This document shows positions 8,489 through 15,283 of a stretch of 64,000 nt of DNA, one piece after another. Made by a program: the position numbers and the translations under genes. Under the pieces are notes generated by a model that was given only the letters and a program-made list of their open reading frames with translations, was not told where the DNA came from and did not search any database. Each line of letters begins with the position of its first letter. The stretch's first letter is position 1. This DNA is from Gaiellaceae bacterium (GTDB lineage Bacteria; Actinomycetota; Thermoleophilia; Gaiellales; Gaiellaceae): positions 11,932-75,931 of the forward strand of contig JAWVDC010000071.1 in NCBI GenBank assembly GCA_033857715.1. The letters are read 5' to 3'.

Positions 8489-9405
8489 GCGGGCGCGGGC
8501 TCCGGCACGAGGACGACATCTCGCCGACGCTGCACGGGAAGGAGCGTGACCGTGCCGAGGATGACCGCGACGCCGAGCCATTGGCTCCACGTGAGCGGCT
8601 GGCTTCTTCCATAGATGCCCGCGATCACGAACACCGCTGGGAACGTGAGCTCCCCGAGCGTCGCGAGCACGGCCGGCGTCTTCTGCAGCCCGTAGTAGTA
8701 GAGAACGAGTGCAAAGAGGCCGGTGACGAGGGCGAGATAGAGGATCAGGAGGCTGTCGTGACCGTTCGAGTACGCCCCCGCGCGCATGACGGGCAGGGCG
8801 ATCGCGCTCGCGATGAGGCCGAAGAAGAAGCGCAGGGCGAGCACGGCCTGGAACTCGATCTCGCGCGTGAGGTAGCGACCGAGCACCGTCCCCATCGCCC
8901 AGAGCACCGCGGCGCCCGTCGCCTCCGCGATCACGACGACTCCCTGCGCCGACGGATGGAACGGATCCGCCTGGTTGACGAGCCAGAAGCCGACGACTCC
9001 CGCGAGGAAGAACCAGGCGAAGCGGGGCCGCGGTCGTTCTTTGAGTAGCAGCGCGGCCCCGGCGACCGCGACGAACGGCTGGATCTTCTGGATCACCACG
9101 GGCGTGATGAAGTCGTAGTGGCCGATCAGCGCGTCGGTGAAGAGGATCGTCGCGATGGCCGAGGCGCCGGCCCCGACGACCACCGCAGCGGCGACGCAGC
9201 GCCAGCCGGCGTGGAAAACGGCGCGTAGCGCGGGGAGGAGCAGCGGCAACGTGAGCGCCACGAGGATCACGTGCTCGCCGAACACGATCGTCGTCGCCGA
9301 TGTCCCCGACGACATCGTCTTCCGGATGACCGGATCGGTGCCCCACATCGCCGCAGCAACCGCGATGAGGACGACTCCGGGAACGGCTGCGAGCCTCCGG
9401 CGCAT
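8485..9405 (-). CDS. DMT superfamily (EamA-like) transporter
   Basis: Starts at MRRRLAAVPGVVLIAVAAAMWG within track ORF 8485-10014. About 10 hydrophobic helices. An ATGA overlap joins it to the downstream dehydrogenase gene. Confidence 0.8.
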   Translation of the reverse strand: MRRRLAAVPGVVLIAVAAAMWGTDPVIRKTMSSGTSATTIVFGEHVILVALTLPLLLPALRAVFHAGWRCVAAAVVVGAGASAIATILFTDALIGHYDFITPVVIQKIQPFVAVAGAALLLKERPRPRFAWFFLAGVVGFWLVNQADPFHPSAQGVVVIAEATGAAVLWAMGTVLGRYLTREIEFQAVLALRFFFGLIASAIALPVMRAGAYSNGHDSLLILYLALVTGLFALVLYYYGLQKTPAVLATLGELTFPAVFVIAGIYGRSQPLTWSQWLGVAVILGTVTLLPVQRRRDVVLVPEPAPA

Positions 9406-9470
9406 CGCGGTGAGAGTACAGAGGTGACTACGTGACGCTTCTGTAGCACATTTTGTACTACAATCGCTCG

Positions 9471-9716
9471 ATGGCTCGCTCCTTGCATGTCCGTCTCGAC
9501 GACGCGTCAGCCGCGGCGCTCGAGATCGTTCGGCACGGGACACTGAGCGACTCCGAGGCTGTGCGTCTCGCGTTGCGCGAAGCCGCTGCCAGGCGGAGGC
9601 TCCGCTCGTCGATTCGGGACGAAGTGCGTGTGCTCGCCGCCGACGGGGACGACCGCGCGGAGATGACCGCCATCCGTGAGCACCTCGCCGAGCTTGCGCC
9701 GTCGCCGCCTGACTGA
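9471..9716 (+). CDS. ribbon-helix-helix type II antitoxin
   Basis: MARSLHVRLDDASAAALEIVRHG... has an RHH-like N-terminus. It overlaps the toxin start (ATGA at 9713-9716). Start taken at Met 9471 rather than 9453. Confidence 0.6.
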   Translation: MARSLHVRLDDASAAALEIVRHGTLSDSEAVRLALREAAARRRLRSSIRDEVRVLAADGDDRAEMTAIREHLAELAPSPPD

Positions 9717-10033
9717 TGGTCCGCGGCGAGATCTTCCGACTCCCTTCCCCGCGGGATGCGCGGGGGCACGAGCAGCGCGGCGCGCGCTTCGCAGTTGTGG
9801 TGCAGGCTGACGAGTTCCTCGACCTCAGCACGACCCTCGTTGCCCCAACGTCCGCGAGCGCTCGCTCGGCAAGTTTTCGACCGAGGATCACGGTCGGCGG
9901 TGAGGAGACACGGGTGCTCGTCGAGCAGACGACGGTCGTCGACCCGCAAAGACTCGGGCAATCGGCGGGACGACTCGATGCCCACGAGCTGCGAGCGGTG
10001 GACGAGGCGCTCATGCTCCTCCTCGGTCTCTAG
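9716..10033 (+). CDS. mazF: PemK/MazF-family type II toxin (mRNA interferase)
   Basis: Track ORF of 105 aa. MVRGEIFRLPSP...RFAVVVQADEF...LVAPTS...VLVEQTTVVDPQRL...VDEALMLLLGL matches the MazF/PemK layout. Confidence 0.75.
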   Translation: MVRGEIFRLPSPRDARGHEQRGARFAVVVQADEFLDLSTTLVAPTSASARSASFRPRITVGGEETRVLVEQTTVVDPQRLGQSAGRLDAHELRAVDEALMLLLGL

Positions 10034-10036
10034 GGC

Positions 10037-11035
10037 CTAACCGGACAGCGTGAGTTCGTCGACTGCATGCGAAGCCTGGCGAATCCGCGCTGCGAGCGGT
10101 CCGCTCACGCGGACCCACGGCGTCGATCCGCTCTCGAGTCGCTCCGCGTAGCGGCGTTGCATCCACTCGCGCCTCGGCCCGTCCTCGCGGAGGACATACG
10201 CGTCCTGCCGGAACGGGATGTCGTCGCTGCAGAGCACGAAGAGGTCGTAGCGGCTCTCCGCGGTGAGCCGGTCGACCTCCTCGGGCGGGGGCGTGCCGAG
10301 AAACGCCTCGTGCCAAAGGCCCGTCGTGAACGTGTCCGTGTCGCAGAAGAGGACGCGGCTGGCCTGGCTCGCCTGGAAGTCCTCGAGCCAGCGCTGCATC
10401 CGCGCGATCCGGACGAACTCCTCGCTCGACCACGCGCCGTTCGGGTCGTCGCGCGCGAGCGCCTGATAGAGGTGGCCGTACTCCGGCGCCCAGACGGTTC
10501 CGTACGCCTGCGCGAGCGCAGCGGCGAGCGTCGTCTTGCCGGTGCTCTCGGCTCCGAGGAGGCAGACCCGCAGCACGTAGTGCGCCCGAACGGTGGGATG
10601 GAGAGCGCCCAGGTGTGCGAGCGGATCCGCCCGGATCGCCGATCCCGAGATGGGAACGACGGATCGCTCGCGGTCGACGAGGACGTGCTCGCAGCCGAGG
10701 AACGCGGCGTAGGCGTCGCCGTAGTCCTCGCTCGTGAACACGGCATCGGGGCGGCCGCCGTCCAGCGCGTGCTCGGTTGCCGTTGCCCAGCCTCTCGAGT
10801 CGTCGTCCGCGAGTTGCACGTCGTCCTCGTCGATCACGAGGACGTCGACAGCGGGATGGATCGTGCGAATCCACTCGGCTCGCCGCTCCGGCCGGACCGC
10901 ATCGCTCTGACGGCCACACACGATCGCGGTCACGCGCTCGCACTGTGCCTCGGCGGTATCGATCAAGTGGCTGTGGCCGCGGTGGAAGGGGTGGAACTTC
11001 CCGATCACGAGCCCGTGCTCGAACTGCCCGCTCAC
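10037..11035 (-). CDS. nadR: NadR-type NMN adenylyltransferase / ribosylnicotinamide kinase, without N-terminal HTH
   Basis: GTG start (VSGQFEHGLVIGKFHPFHRGH, the nucleotidyltransferase HxGH motif) and P-loop LLGAESTGKTTLA. A GTGA overlap joins it to pnuC. Confidence 0.8.
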   Translation of the reverse strand: MSGQFEHGLVIGKFHPFHRGHSHLIDTAEAQCERVTAIVCGRQSDAVRPERRAEWIRTIHPAVDVLVIDEDDVQLADDDSRGWATATEHALDGGRPDAVFTSEDYGDAYAAFLGCEHVLVDRERSVVPISGSAIRADPLAHLGALHPTVRAHYVLRVCLLGAESTGKTTLAAALAQAYGTVWAPEYGHLYQALARDDPNGAWSSEEFVRIARMQRWLEDFQASQASRVLFCDTDTFTTGLWHEAFLGTPPPEEVDRLTAESRYDLFVLCSDDIPFRQDAYVLREDGPRREWMQRRYAERLESGSTPWVRVSGPLAARIRQASHAVDELTLSG

Positions 11036-11718
11036 GGCTCGAAGACCGCTTCCAGCGCGAAGACGGGCGTTGCCGGCCGCATCGAGCTCCGCCAAGCCAT
11101 GAGGCCGCGGACGCACATGCCGAGGAAGACGACGTAGAGGCCCGCGGTCAACGGCAGGTGCTTCCACGCGTACAGCGGGATGTAAATCAGGTCGGCGGTG
11201 ATCCAGACGAGCCAGTTCTCGATGAACTTGCGCGCTTGGAGGTACGTCGCGGCGAGGCTGAGGCAGGTCGTGAGGCTGTCGAGCGCCGGTGCCGTGTCCT
11301 GGACGCTCTGCAGGTAGCGCGCGAGCACGACGGTGCAGAGCGCGGTCACGGCGGCGACGGCGAGCGTCTCCGCGAGCGCGATCCGCCCGATCGGGCGATG
11401 GCCGCGTGCCGACCCGCCGCGCAGCCAGTACCACCAACCGCCGGCACCGAGCGCGATGAAGGCGAGTTGCAACACGCTGTCGGCAAACAGGCGCGCATGG
11501 AGGAAGACGACGAAGTAGAGGCCGCTGTTCGCGATCCCGACCGGCCAGTTCCAGACGTTCTCCCGGACGAGCAGCCACACGCAGATGCCGCCGGTGACGA
11601 AGCCGGCGACCTCGATCGTGGAGAACGGAAGCAGCCCGGCGAACGACGGGATCGCGAGCGCGAGGGTGGCAGCGGAACCGAGGACGAAGTCCCGATTTCG
11701 CAGTGAGGCGAGGTCCAT
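11032..11718 (-). CDS. pnuC: nicotinamide riboside transporter PnuC
   Basis: Track ORF of 228 aa. It has a PnuC-like multi-helix pattern (VRENVWNWPVGI, WYW, IYIPLY). It is coupled to nadR. Confidence 0.85.
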   Translation of the reverse strand: MDLASLRNRDFVLGSAATLALAIPSFAGLLPFSTIEVAGFVTGGICVWLLVRENVWNWPVGIANSGLYFVVFLHARLFADSVLQLAFIALGAGGWWYWLRGGSARGHRPIGRIALAETLAVAAVTALCTVVLARYLQSVQDTAPALDSLTTCLSLAATYLQARKFIENWLVWITADLIYIPLYAWKHLPLTAGLYVVFLGMCVRGLMAWRSSMRPATPVFALEAVFEP

Positions 11719-11825
11719 TGGAACCCCTTTCTTGTTGGTTTGGTTCGCTCCCGATGGGAGCCGGCGGGCGATCAGAAACCCCGCCGTGCACTGAGTCCGA
11801 TACGAACTATGCCACAGCCCATCCT

Positions 11826-11838
11826 CGGCAATTTGCCG
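11826..11838. promoter_or_regulatory. perfect 13-bp palindrome CGGCAATTTGCCG in the divergent pnuC / cyclase intergenic region
   Basis: Read directly from the sequence. It lies 17 nt upstream of 11855 and 108 nt upstream of the pnuC start. The binding protein is unknown. Confidence 0.25.
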
Positions 11839-11854
11839 CCCACCGGGAACTGCG

Positions 11855-13333
11855 ATGGAGCGGCCGCGTAGCCTTCCTTCGATGGCCGACGCGACCCCCG
11901 AGATCCGGTACGCGCGCAGCGGCGACGTGAACGTCGCCTACCAGGTCGTCGGCGACGGGCCGGTCGACATCGTCTTCGTCGAAGGGTCGTTCACGAATCG
12001 GCACGTGATGTGGGAGGCGCCGATCTACCGGCGCTTCATCGAGCGGTTCGCCTCGTTCGCGCGCGTGATCCTCTTCGACAAGCGCGGCATGGGTCTCTCC
12101 GACCGCGTCCAGGCCGGCACGCTCGAGGAGCGCATGGACGACGTTCGCGCCGTCATGGACGCAGTCGGCTCCGAGCGCGCCGCTCTATTCGGCGAGTCGG
12201 AGGGCGGGCCGCTCTCGATGCTCTTCGCTGCGACCCTCCCGGAGCGGACCGTCGCGCTGCTCCTGTGCGGGGCCGAGGTGAAGGAGCGGACGACCGACGA
12301 CTGGCCCTGGGGAGAAGCCACGCCCGAGGAGTTCGAGGCGTCGATGGCGGGACTGTGGGAGCGCTGGGGCCGGCGGCCCGCGTCGCTCGCGTCCTACCTG
12401 CCGAGCCGCGGCGACGATCCCTCGCTGCTCGACTGGTACCTCAAGCTCAAGCTGCAGTCGGCAACTCCGGCCGCCGCCGAGACGTTCATGCGGATGGCGT
12501 TCGACATCGACGTACGCCACGTCGCGCCGGTCATTCGCGTGCCGACGCTGATCCTTCACTCAGTTGGCGACCAGGTCTGCGACGTCGAGAACGGCCGGTT
12601 CCTCGCGCGCGTCATCCCCGGCTCGAAGTACGTCGAGCTCCCGGGAGGCGACCACGTGATGTTCGGCGAGCTCGCGGACCAGGCCCTCGCCGAGATCCGC
12701 GAGTTCCTGACCGGCGTGCGCGAGGCTCCGGAGCCCGACCGCGTGCTCGCGACCGTCCTCTTCACCGATCTCGTCGGCTCGACGGAGCACGCGCGCGAAG
12801 CCGGCGACCGGCGCTGGCGGGAGCTGTTGGAGACGCACCACGCCGCGGTGCGCCGCGAGCTCGTCCGCTTCGGCGGCCGGGAGATCGACACGGCCGGGGA
12901 TGGGTTCCTCTCAGCGTTCGACGGCCCGGCGCGCGCGATCCGTTGCGCGAAGGCCGTCGTCGAGGCGGTGAGCGGCCTCGGCCTGCAGATCCGCGCCGGC
13001 GTCCACACCGGCGAGTGCGAGGTGCACGGGGAGAAGCTCGCCGGGCTCGCCGTCCACGTCGGGGCGCGGGTCGCCGCCCAGGCGTCGCCGGGCGAGGTGC
13101 TCGTGTCGAGCACGGTGCAAGACCTCATCGCCGGCTCGGGGATCGCGCTCGAGGATCGCGGGCTGTTCGTCCTCAAGGGCTTCGACGGCGAGCGCCGCCT
13201 GTACGCCCTGGTCTACTCGCGAGCCGGTCGCAGGTCGCGCCGCGAGTGTGGGGCTCCAAGCGCAACGAAGCCGGCCGCGGCTGCTATTGCGCTGGCCGGG
13301 AACGCGAGAAACGGCCAGAGGCCTCCGACGTGA
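11855..13333 (+). CDS. alpha/beta-hydrolase fused to class III adenylate/guanylate cyclase domain (LipJ-like architecture)
   Basis: Track ORF of 492 aa; the likely start is Met 11882. The hydrolase part shows FDKRGMGLSD and GESEGG (nucleophile elbow). The cyclase part shows VLFTDLVGST...DTAGDGFLSAF...RAGVHTGE. The last 40 codons after ...RRLYALV look like read-through to the first available stop. Confidence 0.8.
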   Translation: MERPRSLPSMADATPEIRYARSGDVNVAYQVVGDGPVDIVFVEGSFTNRHVMWEAPIYRRFIERFASFARVILFDKRGMGLSDRVQAGTLEERMDDVRAVMDAVGSERAALFGESEGGPLSMLFAATLPERTVALLLCGAEVKERTTDDWPWGEATPEEFEASMAGLWERWGRRPASLASYLPSRGDDPSLLDWYLKLKLQSATPAAAETFMRMAFDIDVRHVAPVIRVPTLILHSVGDQVCDVENGRFLARVIPGSKYVELPGGDHVMFGELADQALAEIREFLTGVREAPEPDRVLATVLFTDLVGSTEHAREAGDRRWRELLETHHAAVRRELVRFGGREIDTAGDGFLSAFDGPARAIRCAKAVVEAVSGLGLQIRAGVHTGECEVHGEKLAGLAVHVGARVAAQASPGEVLVSSTVQDLIAGSGIALEDRGLFVLKGFDGERRLYALVYSRAGRRSRRECGAPSATKPAAAAIALAGNARNGQRPPT

Positions 13334-13425
13334 GCCATCACAGCTGCGAAAGCGGTCGCGCCGAGTACGATCGACAGGAGCGCCAGAGCTCCGGCCAGCG
13401 GGCGATGGGACGTCATGTGCGGCAC
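13213..13425 (-). CDS. possible small two-helix membrane protein (70 aa)
   Basis: Track ORF. It has two hydrophobic stretches and better third-position GC than the overlapping tail of the cyclase ORF. It overlaps the cyclase 3' end by 121 nt. Weak support. Confidence 0.3.
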   Translation of the reverse strand: MPHMTSHRPLAGALALLSIVLGATAFAAVMAHVGGLWPFLAFPASAIAAAAGFVALGAPHSRRDLRPARE

Positions 13426-13480
13426 ATCGGAGTGAGCTGCGCGTAACTCAATCCCTCCGTCGGATCGTGCGTACGTTCTG

Positions 13481-13918
13481 CTACGTCCCCGGGCCGGAGG
13501 GGATCGTCGTCGCGCGTGCCGAGCCGGGCGCGCGCACCGTTTCTACGCAGGGCCAGGGGTAGGACCCCGGCTTGAAAGTGTGTTTCACCACGCAGGTGAA
13601 GGTTGAAATGCGTCGAGAGCGGGGGTCCTCCAGCCTGATGCGGAGATGGCGAACGGACGGGAAGTCGTCCTCGAACGCGGACAACGCCCCAAGCATGGTT
13701 GGCCAATTCGACCGGGTGCGAAAGAGGCGGGGCTGCCACGACAGTGCGCACGCATGCCTAACGAGGGCGCACTTTACGCTCCAGTTGCGGCTATCTACGG
13801 CGATGCCAACGTCCGAGCGAACGCGCGCTGCAAGGCTTGTCGGCTGCTTCGGGTGACTCGCGCCGCACCCTGAGAGCACAAGAAGTGCGACGGCGGCGGT
13901 GAGAAGACCGCGCTTCAT
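13481..13918 (-). CDS. hypothetical lipoprotein (145 aa)
   Basis: Start re-picked at MKRGLLTAAVALLVLSGC|GASHP (lipobox) inside fused track ORF 13481-14440. Sits in a lower-GC patch. Confidence 0.5.
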   Translation of the reverse strand: MKRGLLTAAVALLVLSGCGASHPKQPTSLAARVRSDVGIAVDSRNWSVKCALVRHACALSWQPRLFRTRSNWPTMLGALSAFEDDFPSVRHLRIRLEDPRSRRISTFTCVVKHTFKPGSYPWPCVETVRAPGSARATTIPSGPGT

Positions 13919-13929
13919 GACGTCATCTT

Positions 13930-15153
13930 CTAGGCGGACTCGAATCGAAGCAAGTCCCGGACCGTCTCCCGCTCGCGGATCACCCGCGCCTTCGCGTCTG
14001 CGACCAGAACGACTGCGGGGCGCGGGAGGCCGTTGTACGTCGAGCCGAGCGCGAGGGTGTACGCGCCCGTGGCCGGGACCGCGAGGACGTCGCCGGCGCG
14101 CGGCTCCGGCAGCTCGACCGAGTCGATGAGGACGTCGCCGGACTCGCAGTGCTTGCCCGCGATCCGGTACTCGCCCGTCGGCTCCTCCTCCGCGCGATTT
14201 GCGAGGAGCGCTTCGTAACACGCGCCATAGAGCTGCGGGCGCGGGTTGTCGCTCATCCCGCCGTCGATCGCCGCGTACGTCACACCGCCCGAACGCTTGA
14301 CCGAGCCGATGCGGTAGAGCGTTACACCGGCGCGCCCGACGAGTGAGCGTCCGGGCTCGAGGATCGGCGTGACGCCTTCCGGCAGGCGCTCGACCAAAGG
14401 CCCGACGAAGTCCGCGACCGACGGGATCTGCTCCTCGCAATTGTGCCGCACGCCGAGGCCGCCGCCGAGGTCGATGTAGCGCGGCGTCCAGTCGAGCGCA
14501 CGGCAGAACGTCAGCACGCGCTCGAGCGCGACGAGGCTCTCCTCGACGCGGCCGAGCTGCGAGCCGACGTGGATGTGGACGCCCTCCACCGCGACGCCGA
14601 GCGCGAGCGCGGCGCCGACCTCGCGCGCCGCCTCGTCCGGCACGAGCCCGAACTTCGACTGCGCGTGCGCCGTCTGGATCGAACGGTGCGTCACCGCCTC
14701 GACGTCGGGTGTGATGCGCACCATCACGCGCTTCACGCCGGCCGCCGCCGCCCGCTGCGCCTCGCCCGAGACGTCGAGCACGACGAGCGCGCCCGCCTCG
14801 GCCGCGGCGCGCAGCTCCTCCTCCGACTTGTTGTTGCCGTGGAAGACGAGCTTCTCGCCGGGGATCCCCGCGGCTCGCGCGAACGCGAGCTCGCCGAGCG
14901 TCGAGACGTCCGCGCCGACGTCCTCCTCCGCAAGCAACTTCAACAGGGCGACGTTCGCGAACGCCTTCGTCCCGTAGACGATGACCGCGCCCGGAGCCGC
15001 CTCGCGGTACGCGCGCACCTGCTCGCGGATCGTCTCCTCGCAGTAGACGACGAGCGGTGTGCCGAACTCCGCAGCGAGGTCGCTCGCGCGCAGGCCGCCC
15101 AGCGAAAGCTCACCGTCGGCAACCCGCGCGGACGTCGGAAACAGCTCGAGCAC
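13930..15153 (-). CDS. lysA: diaminopimelate decarboxylase
   Basis: Track ORF of 407 aa with a GTG start. It shows the PLP-dependent group IV decarboxylase pattern: YGTKAF, HIHVGSQ, DLGGGLG, EPGRSLV, CESGD. Confidence 0.9.
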   Translation of the reverse strand: MLELFPTSARVADGELSLGGLRASDLAAEFGTPLVVYCEETIREQVRAYREAAPGAVIVYGTKAFANVALLKLLAEEDVGADVSTLGELAFARAAGIPGEKLVFHGNNKSEEELRAAAEAGALVVLDVSGEAQRAAAAGVKRVMVRITPDVEAVTHRSIQTAHAQSKFGLVPDEAAREVGAALALGVAVEGVHIHVGSQLGRVEESLVALERVLTFCRALDWTPRYIDLGGGLGVRHNCEEQIPSVADFVGPLVERLPEGVTPILEPGRSLVGRAGVTLYRIGSVKRSGGVTYAAIDGGMSDNPRPQLYGACYEALLANRAEEEPTGEYRIAGKHCESGDVLIDSVELPEPRAGDVLAVPATGAYTLALGSTYNGLPRPAVVLVADAKARVIRERETVRDLLRFESA

Positions 15154-15174
15154 CTTGCTAGTATCGGCGCAGTT

Positions 15175-15198
15175 ATGACGGAGCTGCTTCTTAGCTAG
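15175..15198 (+). CDS. candidate leader peptide MTELLLS (three consecutive Leu codons CTG CTT CTT)
   Basis: ATG ACG GAG CTG CTT CTT AGC TAG, read directly. The same residues form the last 7 aa of track ORF 14443-15198. There is no obvious SD; the ATG lies 11 nt after the -10-like box, so the transcript may be leaderless. Confidence 0.35.
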   Translation: MTELLLS

Positions 15199-15240
15199 GC
15201 CAGGGAGACAAGCGCGGCGACGCCGCGTCCGCCTCCCGCG

Positions 15241-15263
15241 ACCTCTCCTCGGAGAGGTTTTTT
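15241..15263 (+). terminator. intrinsic terminator-like hairpin 21 nt upstream of the leuS ATG
   Basis: ACCTCTC-CTCG-GAGAGGT forms a 7-bp perfect stem. A run of six T follows, the first of which pairs in the stem. Confidence 0.55.
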
Positions 15264-15283
15264 CGTTCTAGGAGACTTTCGCG

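Larger units (their letters stand above)
15159..15283 (+). promoter_or_regulatory. candidate leuS leader: -10-like box, Leu-codon mini-ORF, alternative hairpins, intrinsic terminator
   Basis: TAGTAT at 15159-15164. Mini-ORF at 15175-15198. GC hairpin at 15212-15228. Terminator at 15241-15263. AGGAG SD at 15270-15274. Confidence 0.45.

Noticed and set aside
6684-11791. Giant fused ORFs: 6684-8612, 7343-9346, 8485-10014 and 10037-11791; likewise 52747-55716, 31104-33845 and 44977-46647.
   Set aside because: Only the C-terminal part matches a protein family. The N-terminal part is the wrong frame of the upstream neighbour. Internal ATG/GTG starts that create 1-4 nt stop/start overlaps give normal-length proteins.
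11719-11854. NAD+ riboswitch (nadA or pnuC motif) in the pnuC leader.
   Set aside because: The ACANCCCC element that I recall as conserved in those classes is absent on the pnuC strand. Only two generic hairpins and a palindrome are present, and those are reported as a low-confidence regulatory candidate.
15154-15283. T-box riboswitch upstream of leuS.
   Set aside because: The region is only 130 nt and shared with the divergent lysA promoter. No specifier-loop or T-box consensus could be recognised. A leader-peptide attenuator fits better and is reported as a finding.
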